This document shows, piece by piece, positions 49,431 to 58,233 of a DNA stretch of 64,000 bases. How positions within the stretch are numbered: position 1 is the first letter of the stretch; each line of letters begins with the position of its first letter. The notes beneath the pieces are model-generated. The model searched no databases, was not told the DNA's origin, and worked only from the letters and a program-made list of their open reading frames with translations. Origin of the DNA: an uncultured Syntrophobacteraceae bacterium (GTDB lineage Bacteria; Desulfobacterota; Binatia; UBA9968); NCBI GenBank assembly GCA_964572145.1, contig CAZNES010000005.1:21642-85641 (forward strand). Direction: 5' to 3'. The position numbers were made by a program, and so were the translations under genes.

Positions 49431-49689
49431 ATGCCTTTCTTTCCGCCAGGGTGACTTCCCTGGCGCTAATCAAGCGCACAGCATCCCCTCGTTCTGTGTA
49501 CGACACAATCAGCAAACGACCTTGCCGCGACTCGCCAACGATAAGATAGCGATGCTCATCATGGGAGTGGTCGGGGTCGTAGAAGTCCACATAGAGTGGA
49601 TCATCGAAAACTGTTTTTGCTTCGTCAAATGAAACTCCATGATCCGCCAGATTCGCTGCTGCTTTCTTCTCATCCTACTTGAATTCCAT
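49417..49689 (-). pseudogene. BrnT (DUF497) toxin gene interrupted by an amber codon at codon 5
   Basis: My own translation: MEFK*DEKKAAANLADHGVSFDEAKTVFDDPLYVDFYDPDHSHDEHRYLIVGESRQGRLLIVSYTERGDAVRLISAREVTLAERKAYEEG*. TAG lies at 49677-49675, where family members have Trp (MEFEWDE...). Confidence 0.72.
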
Positions 49690-50234
49690 GCCTATGATAT
49701 CACAGCAGACATCGAGACTTGTAGCAACACTTTCTACGGCGATAGATGCCTAGTGAGTATACTGATCAGCATAGCACGGTAAGTGAATTTCGTAGATATC
49801 CGTGCCCCCACGGCCTTTGCCCCTACAGCCTCAACGCCCGGCGTCAGGCGCGCCTGGAAGCCGCAGCGAGGTACGAGCGGAGGCTGGAAGCAGTCGGCTG
49901 CAGCGCTTTGTTCGGCGCGGACCTCCACACGGGCCGCGCCTACCGCCCCCTCTCCACGATACGGTGTGCGGCTGGAGCGCTGATCCCAGAGAGGCCCCTC
50001 ACAAGGGTCATGGATAACCAGTAGAGCACATGCTGGCCCTCTCACGGGAAGCATGCCCTTTCGTGCGTCAAGGCCCAAGACATGACGTCACCCGTTTCTG
50101 GGGACCGCCTCCGGGTCCGATGAGCCACGTACACGCTCCGCACGAGAGGCTCCATGGAGGTTCAGACCGCTTCCTCCACTACCACCACCGCGCTCTCTGG
50201 TGGCGTCATACCCGACCAGCAGGTCTCCTCCCGC

Positions 50235-50636
50235 TCACTCCAGCGTGATCGCCGCGAGTCCGAGGGTGGTAGCGTGCCTGCGGAGCAGTGCGGCGTGGAG
50301 TCGGTTCATCCGGTGCAGGTACGCGTCGGGGTCGCCCTCCAACATGCGGAGCCGCGCGCGGCGCCAGCGTCCGCGCAGGAAGATGCGCAGTTGACCCTCG
50401 TGCGCGAGTGCATTTTGGACCCATTGCGCCCGGAGGCCGTGCTCAACGACGACGATCAACTCGCCACGCTCCTCCAGGTAGGCGACGGGCACTTGCCGGC
50501 GCTTGCCGGAGCGGCGGCCAACCGTTTCGACAATGAGCGCGTTCTCCCGCGTGTATGGGGGCCGCGGAATGCCGACGCGGATTGCCCAAACCGTGAGTCT
50601 GTTTGCCGCGTTGTAGAGTAACTGGCGAGGGCGCAT
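50235..50636 (-). CDS. Deazaflavin (F420)-dependent nitroreductase/quinone reductase family (Ddn-like) protein
   Basis: 133 aa with 'LIVETVGRRSGKRRQVPVAYLEERGELIVVVEHG...QWVQNALA'. It lies in a markedly GC-rich segment. Confidence 0.6.
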   Translation of the reverse strand: MRPRQLLYNAANRLTVWAIRVGIPRPPYTRENALIVETVGRRSGKRRQVPVAYLEERGELIVVVEHGLRAQWVQNALAHEGQLRIFLRGRWRRARLRMLEGDPDAYLHRMNRLHAALLRRHATTLGLAAITLE

Positions 50637-50722
50637 GCGTCACTGTAATCCTAGAGTGATGTCACGCTCCTCTCGGAGGTTAGCGTGATAAGCCAAGCAC
50701 CTGCGTGCAGCCGAACGTATAG

Positions 50723-50795
50723 CGTTTTATCCCCAAAGCCTGGAAGCAATCAAGCTTCGGATAGGTCGGCGAAGTGGCGACGGGGGGATAAAACG
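50723..50795. other. 12-bp perfect inverted repeat (cgttttatcccc / ggggataaaacg) with a 49-nt loop, abutting the IS left end
   Basis: Read directly. The right arm ends 1 nt before the left terminal inverted repeat. Confidence 0.6.
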
Positions 50796-51047
50796 TGTTG
50801 GACTAAACCGCGAAGCAGCGCGTACGTCTCGGCTATGCGGATTGTAAAGTGACGCAGCGGCGCAGAGTGGAGTGCTGTGTTGGCAATCGAACGGCGTGTG
50901 GGTGAAGGTCGAGTTCGACGCTGATAGATTTTCCGTGATTACCACGGTGCCATGGGGTTTGGCAGCCACTTCTTGGTGTCGGCAGACACACCTGTGCGAA
51001 GAGGGCAAGTTGAGAGTTAAAGAAGCACAAGAGCGGTTGAGCTTTTC

Positions 51048-52217
51048 TCATGAGGAATCCCATTGGGGAGAGTACGGCAGCGCTGGCAGCTCAGCGACGA
51101 CGATCATGGTTCCCTTCTGGCAACGAGGGCAGCGACTAAGATCGATGCCGGTAAGTTCCCGAAGCAGATCGTGGGCTGATCGTTTGGGAATTTCAGGTAA
51201 GGCGGGATTAAGTCCCAACAGTTTGCGGCATTGAGGGAGAGCTTGCTTCTTGGAGCGATTAGCGAGAAAGCCGAAGTGACGGACGCGCATGAAGCCATCG
51301 GGCAAGACGTGGAGCAAGAAGCGGCGGATAAATTCTTGGGCATCGAGGGTGAGGGTCTTTTTTTGGTCCCCGTCTTTGCGATCTCTGTAGCTCAAAATGA
51401 CTTCTCCGTTTTCGACTGTAACGATGCGGTAATTGGAGAGAGCCACGCGGTGGGTGTAGCGGCCGAGGTAGTCAAGCACAGTCTGGGGAGAACCGAACGG
51501 CTTTTTGGCGTAGACAACCCAGCTCTTTTGGCGTGATGCTTTGATCTCGTTGTTGGCCGGTGGGATTTTCCCTTTTTCATAGGCCTGTTCTAACAGATCG
51601 AGAAACTTTCCACGAAAGACCCGGCTCAAAGCCGTGACGGGGAACAGAAAGTTTTTGCGCGCCGATCTCCAGCGCCCGTGATCGAAGGACAAGGCGCCGG
51701 CAGGGATCAGACAGTGTAGATGAAAATGATCTTTGAGCGTTTGATCCCAGGTATGGAGCACGGCGGTAATCCCCAAAGTTCCGCCCAAACGTCTTTGGCC
51801 AAACTGAAGGAGCGTTTCGCTGACGGCTTTAAAGAGAAGAGCTAACAGAATCTTTTTGTGGGCGAGAATCAGACGGTTAAATTCGTGCGGTAAGGTAAAC
51901 ACCAGATGGAAGTAGCCCGCCGGCAGAAGCTCAGAGCTTTGCCTCTCCAGCCACTTGGCCTTGGCCAAGGATTGGCATTTGGGGCAGTGGCGGTTACGGC
52001 AGGAGTTATAGGTCGGGTGCTCAAAACCGCAAGTGTCGCACTGCTTGAGATGCCCTCCCAGCTCTTGGGTGCGGCAGACTGAAACGGCCCGCATCACCTT
52101 ACGCTGAGAAGCAGGTAAGAAATGCGTCTTGCGGTAGCTCTCCCCGTACCTACGAAAGATATCGGCCAGCTCGGGGCGCGCTTCTCCTGCTGCCCGCCGA
52201 TGATCGCGAGGCAGCAT
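51048..52217 (-). CDS. IS91-family HUH/Y2 rolling-circle transposase
   Basis: N-terminal zinc-binding Cys cluster ('CDTCGFEHPTYNSCRNRHCPKC'), HUH 'HFHLHCLIP' and Y2 'YLGRYTHRVALSNYRI'. Confidence 0.9.
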   Translation of the reverse strand: MLPRDHRRAAGEARPELADIFRRYGESYRKTHFLPASQRKVMRAVSVCRTQELGGHLKQCDTCGFEHPTYNSCRNRHCPKCQSLAKAKWLERQSSELLPAGYFHLVFTLPHEFNRLILAHKKILLALLFKAVSETLLQFGQRRLGGTLGITAVLHTWDQTLKDHFHLHCLIPAGALSFDHGRWRSARKNFLFPVTALSRVFRGKFLDLLEQAYEKGKIPPANNEIKASRQKSWVVYAKKPFGSPQTVLDYLGRYTHRVALSNYRIVTVENGEVILSYRDRKDGDQKKTLTLDAQEFIRRFLLHVLPDGFMRVRHFGFLANRSKKQALPQCRKLLGLNPALPEIPKRSAHDLLRELTGIDLSRCPRCQKGTMIVVAELPALPYSPQWDSS

Positions 52218-52231
52218 GCCGAAGACGCCTT

Positions 52232-53068
52232 TCAGTCAGGGAATCTCAAAAGGTCCAGCGGACTCCCCGTAGAGACAAGCTTGGGCTGTCGAATCTGCAA
52301 GTAACGCTGGGTGCTCTGAAGCGAGTTATGACCCAACAGCGTCTTAATGGTCACCAGGTCCACCCCGGCCTCTAACAGATGCGTGGCAAAACAATGGCGC
52401 AAGGTATGGATGCCTTTGCCTTTGTGGATTTGAGCTTTGAGTTTGGCCCAGTTGTAAATCCTCTGGGCGTAGTCAATGGAAATCGCATTGCCCTTGGCAT
52501 TGGGAAAAAGCCAAGTTGGGGAGCGATGCTCCTTCCAATACATGCGCAGCTCTGAGAGCAGCCGCCCTGACAGAATCGTGTAGCGGTCTTTTTTCCCCTT
52601 GCCCTGCTCCACCTTAACCATCATCCGTTCACTGTCGATGTCGCTCACTTTGAGCCTGACCAGCTCGCTCACACGAACTCCCGTGGCATAGGCGGTCATC
52701 AAAAGACAGCGGTCTCGAAGCTTGCCGTTGGCACAAAGCAGGCGCTCGACTTCCTTGGGGCTTAACACCTCCGGCAATCGCCAGCTCCCTTTTCGCGGTG
52801 GCAAAAACAGCTTCTGTTCGTCCCAGTCCAGAATCTGATGGTAAAAGAACTTCATCCCCGAGATCGCCACGTTGCGCGAACTCGGTGAGAGGCCTCGCTC
52901 TTTGAGGTGTAACAGATAAGTGCGGATCTGCTCTTGAGTCAACTGATCCGGCGACTGACGGTAGTGCTTTACCAATCCCACCATCGCTGAAACGTAGGAC
53001 TGCTCGGTCCTCGGCGAGAAGTTTCTCAGCTTCATCTCCTCGATCATCTTGGTCCGTAGTGCTCCCAT
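52232..53068 (-). CDS. Tyrosine recombinase (phage-integrase family) associated with the IS91 transposase
   Basis: 'ATGVRVSEL' (Arg), 'IHTLRHCFATHLLEAGVDLVTIKTLLGHNSLQSTQRYLQ' (HxxR ... H ... Y). Confidence 0.9.
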   Translation of the reverse strand: MGALRTKMIEEMKLRNFSPRTEQSYVSAMVGLVKHYRQSPDQLTQEQIRTYLLHLKERGLSPSSRNVAISGMKFFYHQILDWDEQKLFLPPRKGSWRLPEVLSPKEVERLLCANGKLRDRCLLMTAYATGVRVSELVRLKVSDIDSERMMVKVEQGKGKKDRYTILSGRLLSELRMYWKEHRSPTWLFPNAKGNAISIDYAQRIYNWAKLKAQIHKGKGIHTLRHCFATHLLEAGVDLVTIKTLLGHNSLQSTQRYLQIRQPKLVSTGSPLDLLRFPD

Positions 53069-53553
53069 AACAAACCCTCCTTGGATTTAAATTTGGGAGC
53101 GAGGGTATCACAGAGGAGCAAAACGGCTACGGACCGATGCGATGAGGAAGAAAGTTGAATGGAAAACGAGAAGGTCAGTGAGAAGAACTGGCCCTACACA
53201 AGCAGAGCCACCGCGAAGCGGTTTAGTTCAACTATTAAGTGACCCGCTTTAGGAGGTGGCAAATGCCGATCGGCCTATCTCCGAACACGGTTCCAATAAT
53301 CAAATCCGAATCGATTGCAATATCGGCCAACTACTCCAACTTGTCAACAATCTGCTGGCCGTAAAATACTGCCGGAGTCAGCGGCCTATCTCCCTAACAC
53401 CCAGCCGCCTATCTCGGCCGGCGCTCACAGGAGTCACCCCGCAACCATTCACTCAGCTCTTCGACAGAGCACAGCAGCGATACGCAGCGCATAGAATAGG
53501 TTGCAAAGACGATCCCTGCGGAGGTAAAACCAAGCGTCATCGGAGGCGTTGAA

Positions 53554-54651
53554 ATGAAAATCACCCGGGTTCGCGCGGTCTCGCATAAAGTTCAAAACAC
53601 GATGACCGGATGGAAGACTTCTCTCGGCGGTCACGACACGCATGAGCTGATCTTCGTGCGCATTGACACCGACGAGAAAATCTTCGGCATCGGCATCGCG
53701 AGTCCGGGCGCGCTCTTCATCGCGGGCGATACCGGCGCCAACGTTCTCGAGCTGCTGAATAACCGCTTCGCTCCAGCCATAACCGGCGCCGACCCTTTCG
53801 ACATCGAAGCAATCATGCACAAGCTCGATTCCATCGTGCGCGGCGCTGAGCGGGCCAAGTCAGGCATCGACTTGGCGCTGCACGATCTGACGGGAAAAAT
53901 TCTCGGTGTGCCGGCGAACCGGCTCTTCGGCGGCGTCATCCACCCGCGCGTGCGCGTCACGCGGCTGATGGGAATGTTCGCTCCGAAAGAGATGGCGGAG
54001 AGATCGACGGAGCTGGTAAAGCGCGGCTACACGGCGCTGAAGCTCAAAGTCGGAAACAACGTCAGAGACGACGTCGAGCGCGTGAAGCGCGTGCGCGACG
54101 CGGTCGGCCCCGAGGTCACGATCACGATCGACTTCAATCAGGCCTGCTCTCCCAAAGAGGCGATCGGGAGCATCAACCGGATGGCGCCGTATGATGTCAT
54201 GCTGGTCGAGCAGCCGGTCAAGGCGACGGATTTGAAAGGCATGGCTTTGGTCAGGCAATCGGTCGCGCCGCTGGTCATGGCGGACGAGGCGGTCAACTCG
54301 GCGACCGACGCGCTCAGAATCATCGAAGCCGGCGCGGCGGACGTGATCAGCTTAAAAATTCCCAAGATGGGGGGCATCTTTAAGGCGCGGAAGGCCGCCG
54401 CGGTGTGCGAAGCCGCCGGCATCGATTATCTTGTCGGCACTGCGCCCGGCAGCCGGCTGCTCGACGCCGCCAACGTACATCTGGCGGCGAGTCTCAAAGA
54501 TTTGAAGCTGCCGTGCGAGATCGGCGAGTTCGAACGCATGGCTAACGATCCCGCGAGCGGATTGGAAATCACCGGCGGATTCTCTTCGCCGCCGGAAAAA
54601 CCCGGGTTAGGCGTGGAAGTGGATCTCGTCAAAATCGGCTTGGCGGAATGA
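53554..54651 (+). CDS. Enolase-superfamily enzyme (mandelate racemase/muconate lactonizing/dipeptide epimerase-like)
   Basis: 365 aa with 'GYTALKLKVG', 'TIDFNQAC', 'VEQPV' and 'VMADEAV', a pattern of metal ligands. Confidence 0.85.
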   Translation: MKITRVRAVSHKVQNTMTGWKTSLGGHDTHELIFVRIDTDEKIFGIGIASPGALFIAGDTGANVLELLNNRFAPAITGADPFDIEAIMHKLDSIVRGAERAKSGIDLALHDLTGKILGVPANRLFGGVIHPRVRVTRLMGMFAPKEMAERSTELVKRGYTALKLKVGNNVRDDVERVKRVRDAVGPEVTITIDFNQACSPKEAIGSINRMAPYDVMLVEQPVKATDLKGMALVRQSVAPLVMADEAVNSATDALRIIEAGAADVISLKIPKMGGIFKARKAAAVCEAAGIDYLVGTAPGSRLLDAANVHLAASLKDLKLPCEIGEFERMANDPASGLEITGGFSSPPEKPGLGVEVDLVKIGLAE

Positions 54652-54691
54652 GCCAGCACTAAACCTTTGGCTTCACTTTCGCGTCTGAAGA

Positions 54692-54737
54692 CCCTCACCC
54701 CTTCCCTCTCCCTCTGGGAGAGGGCGAGAGTGAGGGA
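54692..54737. repeat. Short palindromic intergenic element (ccctcaccccttccctctccctc / gagagggcgagagtgaggg)
   Basis: Inverted arms read directly. Confidence 0.75.
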
Positions 54738-54813
54738 ATGTGAGCGACTTGAAGGCTGACTGGCTTGGTGCTGACATCCATTTCCGAAGAATTCGGAAAA
54801 CAGAGGTAAAACG

Positions 54814-55908
54814 ATGATCATTGACGCCGATGGACATCTTTTCGAGACCGAGGAGGTCTTCGAAAAATATATGGAGCCGCCGCTGCGCAACTATCGCCCG
54901 CGGCTCGTGGGCGACGAAGAGGGCCATAATTTCTGGGTCGTGGACGGATCGACGCGCTACAAACGGCCGAGTATTCCCGGCGCCGGCAATCCCGGCGCGG
55001 CGGCGCCGCCGGGGAAAAAGCTCCGGGAGGCGCGGCGCGCGTCGGTCGCCAGCCAAACTTTATCGAGCGTCAAAGAACGGCTGGAAGATTTAGACAAAGA
55101 AGGAATCGACGTTCAGTATCTCTATCCGAGTTTTCTCCTGCACATCAATTCGTGGAAAGACGGCGTGCTCGGAAACGCAGTCTGCCGCGCCTACAACACC
55201 TGGCTCGCTAAAGTATGCGCGGAAGCGCCGGATCGTCTGAAAGGCGTTGGACTGGTTTGCCTCAATGATCCCGCAGGCGCCGCCGCGGAAGTCGCGCGGA
55301 TCAAAGAGCGCGGTCTCGCCGCCGTGATGGTAAGCGGCACGATCGGCGCCAATCGTCTCGATCATTCCGATCACGAGCCTTTCTTCGCCGAGGCGAACCG
55401 TCTTATTCTGCCGATCGCCGTCCATTTCAGTCTGGAATTTCCCGCGGTGAGCGAGCTGTTTCCCCATTTTTTCCCCAATCGCGTGCTGGCTGGAATTTTT
55501 CCCATCATGGCCGGATTCACCAGCGTGATGTGCTCGGGATTGATGGAGCGCTACGCGAACCTGCGCTTTGCGTTTCTCGAAGGCGGCTGCAATTGGGTCG
55601 CCGCCTACGTCGAGCGCATGGACGATCACTTCGACAACCCGCGCTACAACGCGCACCAGTTGATCGACCGTCCGCCGCGCGAGTATTTTAACTCCGGTAG
55701 AATCTTTTTTGGCTGCGAAGGCAACGAAGGCGCGCTGGCTCGTATCGTGGAAGAACTTGGCGAAGACAAGCTGCTGTATTCTTCAGACTATCCCCACGCC
55801 GACCGCACCGAAGGAACGGCGCGCTTTCTCAGACAGCGCGACGATCTCGCCATTTCGGCGCGAAAAAAAATCCTGGAAGAAAACGCCCGGCGCTTCTACG
55901 GTTCTTAG
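54814..55908 (+). CDS. Amidohydrolase_2 family metal-dependent hydrolase
   Basis: 'MIIDADGHLFE' and C-terminal 'YSSDYPHAD'; 364 aa. Confidence 0.85.
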   Translation: MIIDADGHLFETEEVFEKYMEPPLRNYRPRLVGDEEGHNFWVVDGSTRYKRPSIPGAGNPGAAAPPGKKLREARRASVASQTLSSVKERLEDLDKEGIDVQYLYPSFLLHINSWKDGVLGNAVCRAYNTWLAKVCAEAPDRLKGVGLVCLNDPAGAAAEVARIKERGLAAVMVSGTIGANRLDHSDHEPFFAEANRLILPIAVHFSLEFPAVSELFPHFFPNRVLAGIFPIMAGFTSVMCSGLMERYANLRFAFLEGGCNWVAAYVERMDDHFDNPRYNAHQLIDRPPREYFNSGRIFFGCEGNEGALARIVEELGEDKLLYSSDYPHADRTEGTARFLRQRDDLAISARKKILEENARRFYGS

Positions 55909-56128
55909 GGATGCCGCGCGCCGGAGAAGAAGGAAGACAAACGCCGCGACACGAAGATGTAGTCTCCATTCCTACCCATCGGAGAACCCCCTCCTCAACT
56001 CCGGCCGACGCGCGAAGGCTCTGCGATAAAATGTGCGGTCGGCTTGCTTGATTTGACCGTTTCCGTTCTATAAACTTTTGACAGCGTGTGGTTCCGAACT
56101 GTTTGATGAGCCCAAAGGAGGTGCGGAG

Positions 56129-56311
56129 ATGGAACTGCCGAAATGCCAGAAGTGCAGCAACGGGTTGCTGATCCCATTATCGGACTACGGCCAGGAAGGC
56201 GCTTCGGTGATATTCAAGGCGTGGGCCTGCACAAACCCGGATTGCGGATTTTCTCTCAGAGTCGATAAAGGCGAGATCACCTACGGAAAGAGAATAGAGC
56301 CGAAGCACTGA
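56129..56311 (+). CDS. Small zinc-ribbon protein (60 aa)
   Basis: AAGGAGG RBS 7 nt upstream of the ATG at 56129. 'MELPKCQKCSNG...WACTNPDCGF'. The track ORF start at 56078 is unlikely. Confidence 0.6.
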   Translation: MELPKCQKCSNGLLIPLSDYGQEGASVIFKAWACTNPDCGFSLRVDKGEITYGKRIEPKH

Positions 56312-56353
56312 CGGCGGGAAAGAAAAACTCGCTGTTTTCGATGGGCCCGCCGT

Positions 56354-57010
56354 TCAAGTAGAATTGCCCCGGTTGAAGCTTTGAATCGCGCGGGCGAAGA
56401 GATCGCAGCCGCGCTCCAGCGCCTTCAGACATTTCTCTTGTGTTTCGCCGTCCAGGGCGTAGCGCTTGAGCGCCTCGGGCGCCAGCCACTCGTGTCCTTC
56501 TTCATCTCCCAACAGAGTATCGCGATAGATCGAAGCGGTTTTCGGGTCGATCGGCTCGACGCGCTCGATGAAAGATTTCGACGTGCGCGGGAAAAATTCT
56601 TCGTGGCCGTACTGCACGCTCGCCAACAGCTCGCAAAAAGATCCCAGCGAAGCGTGATAGTCCCACAATTCCTTCAGCCCGGGGAGCGGCGCGCTCCAGA
56701 GCGCGTCGGGATCTCCGTCGAGCTCCTTGATCCTCTCGCGCAGGATGCTGGCGTGCTTGAGTTCGTTGGCGACATAGTCCGAGAGCGGCCGCTGGATGTC
56801 CAGGTCGGGCACGTGGGCGACCCATCGCGCAGTGACCTCGCCGGCGCGCCGCTCCATGACGACGCCGAATTGCAGCCGGCGCAGGATGACCGCGCGCGTC
56901 AGCGGCTTTTCCGCGCCGTAACTTTTCCGGTCGGCGGTCATCCTCGTCCACGCGGCCTCTCGCCGCTCGTCCAGTGCTTTGAGAAAAGTTTCCGGTTTTA
57001 GCGCGTTCAT
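56354..57010 (-). CDS. Ferritin-like/di-iron-carboxylate superfamily protein (tentative)
   Basis: 218 aa with two ExxH motifs ('ANELKHAS', 'GDEEGHEW'). Confidence 0.5.
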   Translation of the reverse strand: MNALKPETFLKALDERREAAWTRMTADRKSYGAEKPLTRAVILRRLQFGVVMERRAGEVTARWVAHVPDLDIQRPLSDYVANELKHASILRERIKELDGDPDALWSAPLPGLKELWDYHASLGSFCELLASVQYGHEEFFPRTSKSFIERVEPIDPKTASIYRDTLLGDEEGHEWLAPEALKRYALDGETQEKCLKALERGCDLFARAIQSFNRGNST

Positions 57011-57074
57011 ATGTGCGTCTCCTCTAAAACTTCGCAGAATCGATATTCTTCGCGGAGCCTGCCCTGAGCGGAAA

Positions 57075-57223
57075 AGAGAGATGCTTCGCTTCTCTCAGCA
57101 TGACAGAAAGCGAAGCGCTCAGAAAGACATAAGAAAGTCCGTCATCCTGAACCCTTCATCCGTCATCCTGAGCGAAGCGAAGGATCTCTCTCTGTTCAGG
57201 GTAAACTCCGTGAAGGATCTCTC
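57075..57223. repeat. Compound copy of the GTCATCCTGAGCGAAGCGAAGGATCTCTC palindromic repeat family
   Basis: gagagatgcttcgcttctctcagcatgac ... gtcatcctgaaccc... gtcatcctgagcgaagcgaaggatctctc ... gaaggatctctc. Confidence 0.8.
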
Positions 57224-57294
57224 CGAAAAAAGCAAACTTTGAATAAAATCAGGTCTTAAACAAAACAGAAAATTACTTTATTGTAAAGCCAGCC

Positions 57295-58230
57295 GTGAGA
57301 CCAGCAAACCTTTTCGCACTTTGTCTGCTCGCTTCGGCGGTGTTGGCTTTTCCCGCCGCGGCTTCCGCCCAACAAGGTAAGTGGGCGACGAAAGCGCCTA
57401 CGCCTTCGGCGCGAACCGAGGTTGCCGCCGCCGCGCTCGGCGGCAAGATCTACGTGATGGGCGGCTTCGGAAAAAATGGAGATCTGGTCGAAGAGTATGA
57501 CCCGTCTACGGATCGCTGGCGCCGTCGCGCGCCTCTGCTGCGTCCGCTCCACCACGTCGGAGCGGCCGCCGTGTCCGGAAAAATATACGTCCTAGGCGGG
57601 TACGCCTCCGGCGCATCGCTAAACACGGTTTATGAATACGATCCGGTTTCAGATCGCTGGCGCGCCGTAGCGCCGATGCCGACCGCGCGCGGCGCATTGG
57701 CGGTTGGGGTAATCGGCGAGAAGATCTATGCCGTCGGCGGCGTCGGAACCAATGGGCGCAACACTTCCGCCAACGAAGAATACGATCCCGCGCAGAATCG
57801 CTGGACCCAACGCGCCGCCATGCCGTCTCCGAGAGACCATCATGCCGTCGGCGTCCTAACTGGCAAGCTCTACGCCATCGGCGGAAGGCTCGACGGCAAC
57901 CACGGACGCAACATTACCGTAAACGAGGAATACGACCCCGCAACCGACAAGTGGCGCGCGCTCGCGCCGATGCCGACTGCGCGCAGCGGTATCGCCGCCG
58001 GTGCGCTGGGCGGGCGGATTTTCGTCTTCGGTGGCGAAACGCTTTCCCGTACCTTCAACGAGAACGAAGCCTACGATCCCGCGAAGAACACCTGGACGAC
58101 GATGAGTCCGATGCCCACCGCGCGCCACGGCCTGGGAGCGTCGGTGGCAGGAGAGACGATCTACGTGATTTCCGGCGGCCCGCAGCCGGGCGCGACCTAT
58201 TCCTCGGTGAACGAAGCGTTCACTCCGTGA
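57295..58230 (+). CDS. Secreted Kelch-repeat beta-propeller protein
   Basis: Signal peptide 'LFALCLLASAVLAFPAAASA'. Six 'G(K/R)IY(V/A)xGG...YDPxxxxW' repeats. Confidence 0.8.
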   Translation: MRPANLFALCLLASAVLAFPAAASAQQGKWATKAPTPSARTEVAAAALGGKIYVMGGFGKNGDLVEEYDPSTDRWRRRAPLLRPLHHVGAAAVSGKIYVLGGYASGASLNTVYEYDPVSDRWRAVAPMPTARGALAVGVIGEKIYAVGGVGTNGRNTSANEEYDPAQNRWTQRAAMPSPRDHHAVGVLTGKLYAIGGRLDGNHGRNITVNEEYDPATDKWRALAPMPTARSGIAAGALGGRIFVFGGETLSRTFNENEAYDPAKNTWTTMSPMPTARHGLGASVAGETIYVISGGPQPGATYSSVNEAFTP

Positions 58231-58233
58231 GGA

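Larger units (their letters stand above)
50797..53232 (-). mobile_element. IS91-family insertion sequence carrying a tyrosine recombinase plus an HUH-Y2 transposase (boundaries provisional)
   Basis: Terminal inverted repeats gttggactaaaccg (50797-50810) and cggtttagttcaac (53219-53232) match 13/14. No flanking direct repeat, as expected for IS91-type elements. Confidence 0.65.

Noticed and set aside
49700-50234. Possible structured RNA gene (tmRNA, RNase P RNA, SRP RNA) or group II intron fragment in the GC-rich ORF-less stretch.
   Set aside because: I found no tRNA-like 3' end with a proper T-arm and CCA context. There is no RNase P 'GAGGAAAGUCC' core, no exact SRP 'GGAAGCAGCC' helix-8 motif and no domain-V-like hairpin. 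It is left as unexplained sequence. An Rfam scan is still needed.
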